A stretch of DNA of 64,000 nt, taken from the human T2T-CHM13v2.0 reference genome, Homo sapiens. The notes beneath the pieces are model-generated. The model had not been told where the DNA came from, searched no databases, and saw nothing but the letters and a program-made list of their open reading frames with translations. Each line of letters begins with the position of its first letter. Positions within the stretch are counted from its first letter, which is position 1. Both the position numbers and the translations under genes were made by a program. This document shows positions 14,948-27,833 of the stretch, one piece after another. The stretch lies in NCBI RefSeq assembly GCF_009914755.1, contig NC_060932.1; one strand, given 5' to 3'.

Positions 14948-15440
14948 TAGGCATATAGATTAATGGAGCATAATTGAGAGCTCCAAAATAAAGCATATAT
15001 TTCATTAAACTGATTTTTTACAAAGTTACCAAAGCAATTCACTGAGGAAAGTATAGTCTGTTTAACAAATGGTACTAGGACCATTAGATGTCCACATGCA
15101 AAAAGATGAACTTAGACTTTTGCCTCAGACCATATCAAAAATTAACTAAAAATAAATCATAAACTTAAAGGTAGGAGCCAAAATAATAAAACTTCTTTTA
15201 AAAGTTTCATTGCTTTGGCTCCTACATTTAAGTTTATGATTTATTTCGAGTTCATTTTCTTCACTAGTGGAAGAAAATCTTTGAGATATTGGGTTAGGCA
15301 AAGACCAAAAAGCATGGTTTGTAAAAGAACAGTATTAATAAATTGGACCTCAGCAATGTTTAAAACTTTTGCACTTCCAAAGGCACCATTAAAAAAAGTG
15401 AAAAGATGAGCAATAGACAGAAAGCAAGTATTTTCAAACA
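14948..15440 (+). mobile_element. Old L1M ORF2 continuation (host of the L1MA insertion)
   Basis: tttaacaaatggtactaggaccattagatgtccacatgcaaaaagatgaacttagac. Confidence 0.75.
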
Positions 15441-17150
15441 CATACTCATGTGGACACTGCCAAGGTTTATGGTTTTACCTTCCAGAGCAGTGGGTTGGGA
15501 CATACTTGGGCCCACTTGAGCCACAGCTGAGGCAACTGAGGGGCACTGCACCAGAAATCAGGGAACAGAGTCCCAAGGTGGTGTAGGGCAGTGAACACTG
15601 AGGTCCCACAGGTACCTCTTTAGCTATCTTGCCTTCAAAGTTCTAGCTTGACTCAAAGATCTCTAAAATGCCCTTGGGTCCGTCTTCCATTGTCTTGATG
15701 AATAGAAACTCCCTTCCTTTTATCCTTATTAATCTTTTTAGCAACTGCTCACTTGACCACACCCTTAATATACTCTTCCAAACATGCTTTTTGACTTTTT
15801 GCATGGCCAGGCTCAGAGTTTTCTAAATCTTTCCATTCTGCTTCACATTTAATTATAAATTTTGATTTAAATCGTTTTTCTCCTCTCTAATTTTACTGTA
15901 AGCAGCCAAAAGAAACCATATAGCACCTTGAATACTTTGTTGCTTATATATTTCTTCTTCCAGATATCCCGGTACATCATGCTTAAGTTTGTCTTCAACA
16001 AATTTTAGGACGTGGACATAATTCTGCCAAGTTCTTTGTAACTGTATAACAAGATGGGCCTTTATTCCAGATTTCAGTGCTTTTTTTCCTCGTATCCGTC
16101 TGAGCTCTCATCAGAAAGGTCTTTGCCATCTATATTTTTACCAACATTCTGATCACAACCACTAACATAATCCCTAAGATTTTGGCTTTCCCTACAGCTC
16201 TTGTCTTCTGGGAGCCCTTGTCAGAATTATCCTTAGTGCTTCACTTATAGCAATCTAGGCTTCTTCTAGTGTTAAATAAAAATCATAGGAGGCCATTGTT
16301 TTAGATTAAGGTCCTGAACTAGGCCTCAACAGACCAGACTAAAAATCAAAATGGTGTCACCCATGCTAAAGTTTTAGATCAGCAAAACAAAATTAAGTTT
16401 TTACCTGACCTTCCAAGAAATCAGGAAAGAGATAGCCAATTTCCCAAACAGGCCAGTTTCAATCTTCAATCAGTATGATAATGAAGTTCCCGCTGTTTTA
16501 ATCTTTACAACAAAAAGTAACCTGATGTTAACCAATCAGTTATTTTTCTATTGTTTGGTCTCACTGTCCTGTTCTTATAAGGAAAGTATTTTTGAAATGA
16601 CCATCTGTTTTTATTCTTTGTTTCTACTTTCTTCAGCCCTTTTCCATCTAGAAAACCAATCCCTTCTGCTCAATTCGTTGGAATACTTATTCTATTTTAT
16701 AAAATGAAGTGTTGTCTAACTCTGGAATTGCAATAGAAGCCAATTAAGATCTTCAAGCTAAACTTGTAATTTTGTCTTTTGACATTAGCCTGCTCATCCA
16801 AATTCTTCCAGCCTTTACCCATTACCCAGTTGCAAAGCTGCTTCCACATTTTTAGGTATTTGTTACAGCAACAGTCACACTTCTCAGACAAATGTTCTGT
16901 CTTGGTTCATTTTCTGCTGCTATAACAGAATACCTGAGACTTGGTAATATATAAAAAATAAGGATTTATTTCTTACAGTTCTAATAGCTAGGAAGTCCAT
17001 GATTGAGGGTCTGCAGCTAGTGAGAGTCTTCCTGCTATGTCATAACATGGTAGAAATCATTATATGGAGAGAGAGCACATGTGAGAGAAGGAGAAAAAGG
17101 GAGAGGGAGAAAGAGAGTGATTGAACTCACAGCCATAAGCTCTTTTATCC
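15441..17150 (-). mobile_element. MaLR element (MST/MLT1A-type internal region plus LTR at about 16897-17150)
   Basis: Internal-region peptide NKYLKMWKQLCNWVMGKGWKNL; LTR motif tgctgctataacagaatacctgagac. Confidence 0.75.
16270..16784 (+). mobile_element. ERV1 solo LTR (LTR54/MER67-like) nested in MaLR-int
   Basis: TG...CA termini (tgttaaataaaaatcataggaggccattg...gtcttttgaca); 4-bp TSD ctag/ttag. Confidence 0.75.
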
Positions 17151-17157
17151 TTGACAT

Positions 17158-17452
17158 TGTAAACCAAACATAAAATTCTAAGTCTCCCCAGCTGACTTAA
17201 TGGACAAGGACCTTGCTTTGGGCAAAGGTATCCCAAAGAATCCTGAAAAACTAATTTAGGACAAGATAGGAAGGCTGCAGTGAGGAAGCAGGGTCAGGCA
17301 TGCCTCATTATACCCTTCTCTTTTTGGAGTTTAGGAATGGCTAGGAAGTCCAAGCCATTTAGTGTTATTAAAATAGAGATCATGGACTGACAAAATAGAC
17401 TCTTTGTAACAATAAAATACCCAGCTCCAATCTGACTCTGGTACAACCTTAC
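17158..17452 (+). mobile_element. MER4-group LTR 5' fragment (MER4D/E-like)
   Basis: tgtaaaccaaacataaaattctaag...catgcctcattataccct...gactgacaaaatagactctttgta. Confidence 0.75.
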
Positions 17453-20400
17453 CACAGTGGCAGTTACATCTGCCCCTAAAACTTAAAACTCCAACCCAGG
17501 ATAAAAGAGAGCAACAAAAGACTGAAAGGAGGAACATCCTGAATATGATTAAATCTCAAAATTAAATGACTGAAAAATAACTCAATTGACCTTTACTTAA
17601 AAATGACTAAGTTTTCTGCCACATGACAAAGAAGGGCCTAGAGACAAAAATCAAAGTGAACTATACAGACAATGAAGGAATGGACACTAGAGAAACTTCT
17701 AGATGAAGAACTCTACCCTTCACTGAGGTTCTCAAACTTTAACTCGAGAATGTGGCAGGAATAGCTAACCTGAAATTTGCATGAGGACATGCTGGTGGGC
17801 ACTTAATCCCCATGTATCATTGGCAAATCTAAAAATGCCAGGACTGTCACTAGTAATGAACTACCAAAGAGTGAGTGAGACATCTAAACAAAACATTGCA
17901 TGTGGAAGACCTAAAGAGGAAACCTGGGAACTCATTATTTACTTATTTTAATAATTTACAGATTGGGCACAAAGGTTTACTTATACAAACATTGATTTTA
18001 AAATCAGAGATCTTTCAACTATGTTGTCCTTGAACTTTGGAATCTGGTTAAATAATGTCTATTTAGATTCTCAGACTAATACAGGCATAGATACATTGTT
18101 CCAATAGATTCTTTTACATTTCCTTGAATCTAGTAAAAACTGAAAAGCATGTTCTGTTTTTTTCCTCTTATTTAGATATCTTCTAAGTGGCCATTTCGTG
18201 CAAGGAAATGATATAGGTTTGCTTTAAATATGTTTTACTCAACATTAAGCATTTTGGTTTTGATCCTGTCCCGTTGAAAACGTTTATAATATACCAACTT
18301 GTGTTCTTTAGCCTTGCCTTATTTGTCGCACACTGATGCACTTATGTCATTTAGCTGATGGGTGTACCATTAAAATATGCCGTATTTCTCTACATGGAAA
18401 TAGAAAAACATGGGTGAGTAATCAAATGTTAACAATCACTTGTGACCTCATATTTTAACTTGGATCAAAAATTCACAATTATGACATAATCCATGTACCT
18501 CAGAAGTTGATATTTCTACAGAAAAAGTGGGGAAATTACTTGAAACTGAAAATTTGGATAACTTTTTCATTACTAGTTCTGTTGCATAACATGTTATATA
18601 ACATGCTGGCAAAGAAAAAAAAACCTTACAAAATTATAAGAAAAAAGTGTCTGTCATGCTTTTACTTATAACTTAATACTTAGTTATAAATACTAAGAAA
18701 AGATCTCTAGAACCTTCATGAAAAACTTATCTCATTGCACTGTGCAATGTGATAAAGAACCAGCTATGGGAAAGAAAAAAGAAGGAGAATGGGAAGACTA
18801 AAGAGAGATGTTGAAAGAAGAAAGAGTTGGAGAAAGAGAGATGAAGAAAGGGAGCAAAGAGATCTAATTTATCCTTTTGCTATTAATTTAATTATATGCT
18901 TCAAATCCTTAGTTCTTCCAAAGCAGAAATTTTTATATTGGCATATAATGTTTTGAGGGAAATGACCAATTTGTAAAAGCCTCTGCTTGCAAAGCAATAC
19001 AGTTTGCCCAGCATATGAGGTGACACTTAAAGGCTTATAAATAGAGAAAACTGGTAAATGGAAAGGGGGAGAAAGCAAACTAGTAAGTGCACTTTTCAAT
19101 GTTGAAATTAATCTTGAAATTCTTCATCGCATTAAAAAATGGGGCAATGTACATTTTGGCTTCATTATTGTCAGTTCTCTAAGTATTTGGAATAATCATA
19201 CTTTGGTATAACCATATTTGATATAACCATATTTCACTGTATTAGTTAGGACTATGTGTAAATCAAGATATCGGAAATCTGAGTGAATTTTTAAAAATAG
19301 AGTCATTTTTCTTTTCTTGCGTAAGAGGAAGCCTAGGGTCAACATCAGTTCAATGGCTCCCTTTTGTCAAAGGGACTCCCTGACAGCCATAGATGGCTGC
19401 TAGAGCTTCAGACACAGAATCTAAGACAAAGCAAGAGGAATGGGAGGGCGGTCAGGCTGCCGCACATATCAAGAAAATTCACAAAAATTCTTTAGCTTGA
19501 GAGGTAACTGTTGGGTCAGCTAACCAAACATGTCAGCAAGTTTTCAAAAGCTGTTTTTAATTATTTGTCCTAAGATCCTTATTATGAAATAAATCAAGTT
19601 CAAGAGCTCCATAATAAACAGTAAGGAATTTATCTCAAAAGAATATTCAAGGTACTAGGATATTCAATATTCAAGGAACTAGGATAACCTTTAGGTTATT
19701 ACTTTGTATTATACGCAATAATAATATGCCAGTAGTGCCCAGCATTGCACATCTTTTTCCTTGAGAACTTGCTTACCTTCAGCCTGTGTGTCTACCAGGA
19801 ATAGGCACTCAGCCCAAAGGCATACATAGATCAGTGACTTACAGATACCTTCTGTGACCTGATCAAAAAGATTAGCTGGGCTAGTAGATTTCTGTAGCAA
19901 AATTAAATTTTTTTTTTAAAGAGACAGAAATGGTCACAAACATGAATGTAAAAGAGCTCCACACAGTTGAAATAGACCCATGGTAAGTAATATTAATGTG
20001 CAAGAAAAGTTATGATGAAGCAGAAGTTTATAGCATACATTATGCATGCCTAGAATGCATCATTTAAAAATTTCTTTCTGGGTGGGTTCAAGAACCAGTA
20101 AGCTAAAGTTAAACAAAAGGCCTAGCGAGCCTAAATTGAAGTAGTAGGAAAAGAGTAATACAAAAGTTTCAGAAAGAGCTATTTATTTTGTAACTAAGGA
20201 AAATAAAATGCTATTTATTCCATTCTTTGAATAAATGTTAACTGACCATCTTGAATCAGCAAAATAAACAGTGTTAAACTGCAACTAACTCACCTAGAAA
20301 ATTAAAACAAATTCTTTGCCAATTAGCAATGGTAAAAGAAGTTTATGACTTTGTATTTCATATAAATATAATAAGTTCTGCTAGCTAGGAACTCAGAAGT

Positions 20401-21574
20401 CACTTTACAGAGAAGAACACTGAAACATTTTTTTCTGGACTATAGTAGCATATTTTTTAAAAGTGGAAAATAGTGCCAAAATTTGGCTCCCTAAGTACTT
20501 TGGATGTTTATTCTCTAGTTTTGCTTAGTTTACTTTTCATGTTTCATAATATTTCCACATGATCAGCATTCTAGACAATCTCTCCACATGGACATAATTT
20601 TTCTTCTTCCCCCACTGACTTCACATAATGAGTGTTTATCAGAACTCTTCTCAAGGAAAAAGTTCATGAAAAAGATTTAGATATGTTTGAACCTACCTTC
20701 TAGGCCAACAAAAAGTAGTGAGCAGAGCCATTAGATCATAGTAATGCTTCTTCCTATAAATTATTAGGCGAGTCAGGTAAAACAAGTTAATCAACAATGT
20801 TAAAGAGTCTCAAGTTATCTACAGAAGAATCTCCAGGCTTCTCTTTACTTATGGCTGTTTTGGTTTCTGGCTGAACATTCTGAAGAAAGTAGGACACAGC
20901 TACCAAGGCTCCATTTCCCATCCCCTGTCTTAAAGGTGTTTGATAGAGAGAGTGATTCCATCGAACTCAGAGAAATTCATGGACCTCACAGGACTCTATG
21001 CAGGCACCATGATTGAGATTATTTAGGTTTTTAAATTATAGTTCATATTTGAGAATTCCTTGAGTTTTCTCTCGCCTCCAGACAAGAGACAAGCAAAGGC
21101 AGAATGGCCTTCATGGCTCAGCATCCGTAGCCAGAAAAGGTCACACATACAAATTAGGAAACTATTTTTGATAACTTGGACATGGAAAGACCAGCTTAGC
21201 TCTCAGTGAGCTATTTAAAACTTGCTCTGGATTCTCAGGCAGCACCAGCTCTTCTGATTACATGTTTACAAGCCAACCCTTGAAGATCTGTGCAGCCCTC
21301 CACACCACAGCCAGGACACCCAATGCTATTCACCTTTAAAGTGAAGTCCAGATATAACAGGATTATATCCACAAATAACTATGCATGTAGGTGAATATAG
21401 TTAACTCCATTTAAGACACAAGCCAATAAGCTCCTTGTCTAGTATCTTCATAAGAATACACATTAAATCTGCTTCTGTATCTTATACTCTTCCAACTTCG
21501 TCACAGCTCCCAGGACAAACCTGATATACTGGAGAAAAAAAAATTGAAGAACTATCCGATACAACTTGAGGAGT

Positions 21575-21800
21575 ATGAGAAGGTAGTGGTTAAGTTCATA
21601 GATCTCAGAGCCTGACTAGCTATGACCTTTCGCACTTTGCTTAACCTTTCTTTGTCTCAGTTTCATCATTTTAAAGTGAGGGCTAATGGTAATAGTATAC
21701 CATAAATTTGTTGTGAGAATGGAATGACTTTAATATTTGTAAAATAGTGAGAATCATTTTATGGAACATCATGAGTGCATCAGGAGTATTAGCCATTATT
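21575..21800 (+). mobile_element. MIR
   Basis: Core motif cttaacctttctttgtctcagtttcatcattttaaagtgaggg. Confidence 0.65.
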
Positions 21801-22680
21801 AGTGCAATTCCAGAGATACTGTACTCCATAAAAATGTATTACCCAGTACCAAAAATAATTCAAAGTCACATATTCCTGCTAAATAAAGACAACACTGATT
21901 TTTTATGACATCATTCATCTATTTCTTTTATCTTGGTCTGGAATAAAAAGGTCACTATCAATCATGAAATAGTGGGTGTGAAGATTTTTAACTACAAACA
22001 TTGAGTGAACAAAAGGCCATAAATAACTTATTTTCTCTGTACCTGAAATTAATTTTACTCTGAAACCCAATTTTCATCTGAGGAAGAAAATTCATTCTCA
22101 CCAATTCAAAGTAGCTTAGTTACTTTCAGTTTAAAACTCAGTCTCTTATGACTATCCCACCTCTCCCTTCTCCTTTGCCTCTTTTTTCCTGAGTAAAGTT
22201 CCTAGGATTGTATGAGTTCCTGGGTGACTTGCATTATGCCGGCGAGAGAGGAAGAGACAGAGGTCTTAAGCATTGACCTCTGTCTCCACTGCCTCCCATA
22301 TATGTCCTCAGCTGGTGTAACACTGAGTCTGTTGCCTTGGTATGGATGGTCCACTTTGCAGACCCCGCTACAGGGTTCTATAACCCTATCCCTGGACTTC
22401 CATGGTAGACCTTAATTCTTAGTCAAAAAGCCTTTAAGGGGAAGGTGGTCTAGCTCATGCTTTCTTTGTTCAAACATGCCACACCACCATTTCTTTTGAG
22501 GCTGTCTTTTGTTTATGCTAGACTATGTGTTGCTATGCTGCCTGTCACCCCAACATTTAGTGGCTTAAAACAACAAACATGTGTTTCCGTTGATTGAGAA
22601 TTAAACAGCTACTTAGCTGGGTGGTTCTGGCTCAGGTCTTTTATGAGGCTGCAATCACGGTATCAGTTAGTGCTACAGTT

Positions 22681-23129
22681 TGTCGTGCTGGACCCCTATT
22701 AACTTCAGTAGGGATGGCACTATGTTCAAAAGGACGAAGAAGACATGTGGAGCCAGCAAGTGAGACATGGGGTTTATTGAGGGGACTTATATAGAGGGAA
22801 GTCCAAGGGCAGTGGGCTGCACGGAATTGAAACCACTTGTAAAAACCATATAATTTATACAGCATTTTCACTTAGCACCCTCCCCCATCAACCTCCACCT
22901 GGCAATCTTCATTTAACCCAAACAAAGGGCCTCACTCCCCTGTACAGCTTGCATTCTGTGGAATGAACAGGGGTTCAGATGTTTCTCACAGATAAGGAAT
23001 GGATCTCTAGGTTGGCTACCCCCAGATTCCTTTGTTTGGAATTCTAAACGCACATTGTCCTTAAACCATAGGGTCATTCTCAGGGTATGCCTAAGTTAAG
23101 TTATTGCTGTCAGGTGCATCTGCCATACA
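22681..23129 (-). mobile_element. ERVL solo LTR (LTR47/LTR32-like)
   Basis: Minus strand starts TGTATGGCAGATGCACCTGACAGCAATAAC; 5-bp TSD cagtt/cagtg. Confidence 0.75.
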
Positions 23130-23244
23130 CAGTGACCTGAAACTTTGCCTGGGGCTGGCCAATCCACGTCTAAACTCATTCACGTGGCTGTTGGTGGGAG
23201 GCTTCAGTCCTCACTGGCTATTGACCACAGGTTCCAGTTCCTCC

Positions 23245-23652
23245 TGTTAAATCAAACTGAAATCTGGCCTGAGAAAGCCTCTGTAGGTCACATACTTGAG
23301 CCCTTATGGACAAACCATAACCTAACCTAGTAGGGGAGCAAATTGAAAATCCTAATTTAGGAATATGCTTCTGTAACAAGAGCTGAGTCTCAGACAATCC
23401 TAGTAGCCATACTTCAACCACTCACGGCATCCAACTGTTCAAACCATGTTCAAATAAGGCAAATGCCGAGCTGTAACCAATCCAAGTGTTTCTATACCTC
23501 ATTTCCTTTTTCTGTACATCCCATGTGCCATCCCTGGAGTCTCTCAGAATCTCCTGTGATTCTGTGAGCTCCCTGATTCATGAATTGTTTTTTTTTTCCT
23601 TGCTCAATTAAACTTTGCTAAATTTAATTTGTCTAAAGTTTTCCTTTTAACA
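23245..23652 (+). mobile_element. MER57-family solo LTR
   Basis: tgttaaatc...gttcaaataaggcaaatgccgagctgtaaccaatcc...ttttaaca; TSD ctcc/ctca. Confidence 0.8.
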
Positions 23653-24019
23653 CTCACCACGTGGGCGTTTTTGTGGAGGTTCTGAATGCTCCCCAGGACG
23701 TGCCAGCTAGCTTCCCTCAGAGCAAGTGATGTGAGAGAGAGAACAAGGCAGAAGCCATGCTGTCTTTTTTGCCCTGGCCTCAGAAGTCATATACCATCAC
23801 TGCTGCCATATTCTACTGGTTACACTGATGCAGTGTGGAAGGGGACTACACAATGATCAGTGCCAGGAGGTGGATATCAAGGTGGCATCATGGGGGCCAC
23901 TCTCACTTGAATATTCTATCAAGTTTCTCTCCTCCTCAAATTCCACATGGAATGCAAGCACAAGTCACTCTTCTTTATAATCCCCAAACCCACTGGAGAT
24001 GGTACAGGCCCTGGCATTT

Positions 24020-24213
24020 GTCTGGGTTCTAATTCTGTTTCAACACTTGTTAACTGTCTGACTCGGCAATTTACTTGCCATTTCTGCCTCTTAAGTTCTC
24101 ATGTACCAATAGTGATAATAATTCCTACCACAAAGTTTTGTTGGGAGAATTGTATTACATCATCCACATAAAGCTCCTAGAACAGTCTGGCATATAGTTA
24201 CTGCTCAGTAAAT
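24020..24213 (+). mobile_element. MIR followed by (ATC)n
   Basis: agaacagtctggcatatagttactgctcagtaaat. Confidence 0.6.
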
Positions 24214-24596
24214 ATCATCATCATCATCATCATCATTGATATAAAGATTTCAACCTGGAAAAGTAAGAATAGAGAGGCAGAGATCAAAGCCTCACATTTT
24301 ATCTAAGCTCTCTGGCTCTTTTTTCCAAATTCTCCCCAAATACCTTATTCCAGCCAAGGAAAAATATTTTTGGTGGTTGGGTTTCTGCCTTGGGTTTTGT
24401 TTTTTAATTTCCTTACCTTGTAACTTAAAACTACCCTTTTATCTATATCCTACACCCTCACATTCCAAAATGGTTATAGTATACTTTTTGCTTTAAGCCC
24501 ACCAACTTTGGTTCTTGGTGATTAAAGCCAAGAATTTGGAATTCTGAGAGCACTTTCCCCTCCCAAAGCACCTGGCTGTTGACTCTTGGAAACTAC

Positions 24597-24818
24597 TTTT
24601 TTTTTTTTTTTTGAAACAGAGTCTCAGTCTGTCACCCAAGCTAGAGTACAATGATGCAATCTCAGTTCACTACAATCTCTGCCTCCCAGGCTCAAGTGAT
24701 CTTCCTGCCTCAGCATCCTGAGTAGCTCAGACTACAGGCACGAGCCACCAGGACTGGCTAATTTTTTTTTTTTTTTTTGGTAGAGACAGGGTCTTGCCAT
24801 GTTACCCAAGCTGGTTTT
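24597..24818 (-). mobile_element. AluJ, 5'-truncated
   Basis: Right arm plus partial left arm with poly-T. Confidence 0.85.
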
Positions 24819-24950
24819 GGAAACTTCAATACCCTGTTTTGGAACTCAAAGCCAGTAACAGCAGTAATAGCTAATGCTCACTAAGGGCCAGTCACTAACA
24901 CAAGTGCTTTATATATTAACTCATTCAATCATCACAACTGCATGACATAA

Positions 24951-25896
24951 TGTGACACTATAAGAAACATATATTTGGTCTCTGTACCAGTTCCTGGCAT
25001 AAAGCTACTAAAACCTTTGTAATTTCCTAAGTGAGAGGGTGATAGGAGTGTCTTTTGTTTGACATTTGGTCTTAGTTCCTGATTCCTGACCAAACAGCTT
25101 CTAAAACTTTTGAAATTTTCTCAGTGACAGATGTGAGGAGAGCATCTTTTGTTATTCATAATAAACCCCTTTCTGTATACCTGAGCTTATGCTGATGAGG
25201 TGACTCTTGGACAATGGGGGCTGGTTGCCAGTGGAAGCACCCAGGTGACTAGAGTGTTGGAACTTTTAACACTACCCCCAAACCTCTAGGAAGGGGAGAG
25301 GGACTGGGGATCAAGTTAATCGCCAGTGGCCAATGATTTAATCAATCATGCCTATGTAATGGGACCTCCATAAAAACTCTAAACAACGGGGTTTGAAGAG
25401 CTTCCTGGCTGGTAATCAGATCTGTAGACAGTGGCGTATCCTGACACTAAAGGAGAGAATCTCTTGGGCTCAGGACCTTCCAGACCTCACCCTATGTACC
25501 TCTTCATCTGGCTGTTCATTTGTATCCTTCATAATCTCCTTAATAATAAATTGCTAATAGTAAACAAAGTGTTTCCCTGAGTTCTGTGAGCCATTATGGC
25601 AAACTATCAAACCTGAGCAGGAAGTTGTCAGAAGCCAGGATTTGTAGCCACATCAGATAGAAGTGTGGGTAACATGAGGACCCACTACTTGTCATGGGCA
25701 TCTGAAATGGGAAGCAGTCTTGTGGAACTGAAACCTTAACCTATGGGGTCTGAACTAGCCCTGGGTAGTTAGTATCAAAAGTGAATTAAATTATAGGACA
25801 CCCATGTCTGCAGAAAATTAGAGATTCACTTGGTGTGGAAAACTCATACATTTACTGTCAGAAGTGTTTTCAGTAGAGAAACAGTTTTCCTTTATA
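24951..25896 (+). mobile_element. MER21 LTR inserted in a MIR
   Basis: tgtgacactataagaaacatatatttggtctctg...aagtgtttccctgagttctgtgagcc...; MIR halves on both sides. Confidence 0.8.
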
Positions 25897-26355
25897 TAGA
25901 TATTATTATTATTCCATTTTACAGATGAAAGAGGCACAAAGAGGTTTAGTGGGACAAGACCACAGAAAATAACACAGAGCTGACTTTGGACCCAGGCAGC
26001 CTAGCTCCAGAGTCTGTACTCCTAAACACTACTTTATGTCACCTTTCAAGAATGTGCTCTTGGTTTTTTCTGTTCTTTTTCATTCTTTGTTTCCTGTAGC
26101 ACTATATCCTAGCCTCAAAGACACTTCTTTTTAACCTTTTGTTTTGAAATAATTTCACAGTTACAGAAAAATTACAAAAATAATACAAAGAATTCCTTAT
26201 AACCATTACCCAAATTTCACAAATGTTAACATTTTACCACATTTGCTTCATCATTCTCTCCCTCTCTGTCTCTTCCTATCATAACTCTCTTATGTCTAAA
26301 TACTATACACATACACAAACACACACACAAACATGCATATATATATATGTATATA

Positions 26356-27476
26356 TAGTCATGCATCATGTAACAACAAGGATATGTTCTGAGAAATGCC
26401 TCATAAAATGATTTCATCATTTTGTGAACATTAGAGTGTACTTACACAAATCTAGGTAGTATAGCCTGCTATATACCTAGGCTATATGGTATAGCCTACT
26501 GCTCCTGCAATCACCTAATGTGGGTTCTTCCTGCCCACTGCACAGACAAAACCAATTGACTGAGACTGCAGTATTGCAGTAGAGAAAAAGTTTAATTAAC
26601 GCAGAGCTAGCCAAGTGGAAAGGCTGGAGTTATCACTCAAATCAGTCTTTCCAAGAACTCAGAGGCTAGGGTTCTTATAAATAATTTGGTGGGCAGGGGG
26701 CTAGGGAATGGGTGCTGCTGATTGGTTGTGGATGAAATCAGAGGGGTGTAGAAATTGTCCTCATGCACTGAGTCCACCTTTGGATGGAGGCCATATGACT
26801 GGTTGAGTCATGAGTCACAGTTCCAGGTGGGGTCAGTCAGCTGCCAGGATGCAGAAGTCTGAAAAACATCTCAAAAGTCCAATCTTAGGTACTACAACAG
26901 TGATGTTATCTATTGGAGAGCAATCGGGGAAGTCATAAATCTTGTGACCTCTGGCCACATGACTCCTGATCAATAAGGGATTATAGAAACTGTACCTACA
27001 TTTTAGCAAAACTCAGGCCCCTCCCATAATCCTAATTCCATGGCTTTTTATTACTTTTACAAAGGCAGCTTCAGTCTCTGAGCAAGGAAGGGGTTTGTTT
27101 TAGGGAAGGAGTATTATTTTCCTTACTTCCATGTTAAACTGTAAATTGCCCCCCATGGTTAGCTTGGCCTACACCCAGGAATGAGTGAGAACAGCCAGCC
27201 TGTGAAGCTAGAAGCAAGATGGAGTCAGCCATGCTAGACTTCTTTCACTGTCATAATCTTTGCAAAGGTGGTTTCACTCCTAGGCTACAAACCTGTACAG
27301 CATGTTACTGTACAGAATACCGTAGGCAATTGTAACAGAATGGTAAGTATTTGTATATCTAAATGTATTTAAATACAGAAAGGTTTCAGTAAAAATACAG
27401 TATTATAACCTTATGGGACTACTATTGTATATGCAGTCAATCATTGACCAAAACATCGTTACGTGGTGCATGACTG
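26356..27476 (+). mobile_element. Tigger3a (MER7A) DNA transposon, split by LTR8
   Basis: TIRs (c/t)agtcatgc...gcatgactg with TA flanks; gttctgagaaatgc; ctaggctacaaacctgtacagcatgttactg. Confidence 0.85.
26506..27276 (-). mobile_element. LTR8-family solo LTR
   Basis: Minus strand starts TGAAACCACCTTTGCAAAGATTATGACAGTGAAAG; perfect 4-bp TSD ctcc (26502-26505 / 27277-27280). Confidence 0.88.
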
Positions 27477-27620
27477 TAATCTCTTGAAAGTAAGCTGTAG
27501 ATATAAAACGTCTTTGTCCTTAAATATTTCAGGGTGTGTTTACTAAAAACAATGGTACTTCCTTATATAACTTTAGTATAATGATCAAAATCAGGAAATT
27601 AACATTGATACAATACTAAA

Positions 27621-27833
27621 GGTGATATGCTGGTAAATGTTTAACAACCAGCTCTCCAGGTCTAAAGAGACAAGAGCCCTGGTTTGTCCCATTTGCTACT
27701 TCCTATAACCCAAATACTTCCACTAAGGCCAGTTTCAAGCTATCAACCTGATGTCACTAGACTTGGAAACGGGAAGAGGTGCACAACCATGAGCTCTTGT
27801 GAACCAGTACAAGCCCACTCCAACACATCACTG
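27621..27833 (-). mobile_element. MER63 (hAT) MITE
   Basis: gctggtaaatgtttaacaaccagctctcc...ctccaacacatcactg. Confidence 0.75.

Larger units (their letters stand above)
22525..23900 (-). mobile_element. MLT1F-type LTR split into three pieces by two nested LTRs
   Basis: ttagtggcttaaaacaacaaaca; cttagctgggtggttctggctcagg; gcttccctcagagcaagtgat; ctgccatattctactggt. Confidence 0.7.
26128..27618 (-). mobile_element. L1MC4/5 3' end (host of Tigger3a)
   Basis: ttttgaaataatttcacagttacagaaaaattacaaaaataatacaaagaattcc; aaaatcaggaaattaacattgatacaatacta. Confidence 0.65.

Noticed and set aside
19777-19891. Possible minus-strand exon (ttttgctacag ... aag|gtaagc)
   Set aside because: Isolated, with competing internal donors and no partner exons on that strand; insufficient support
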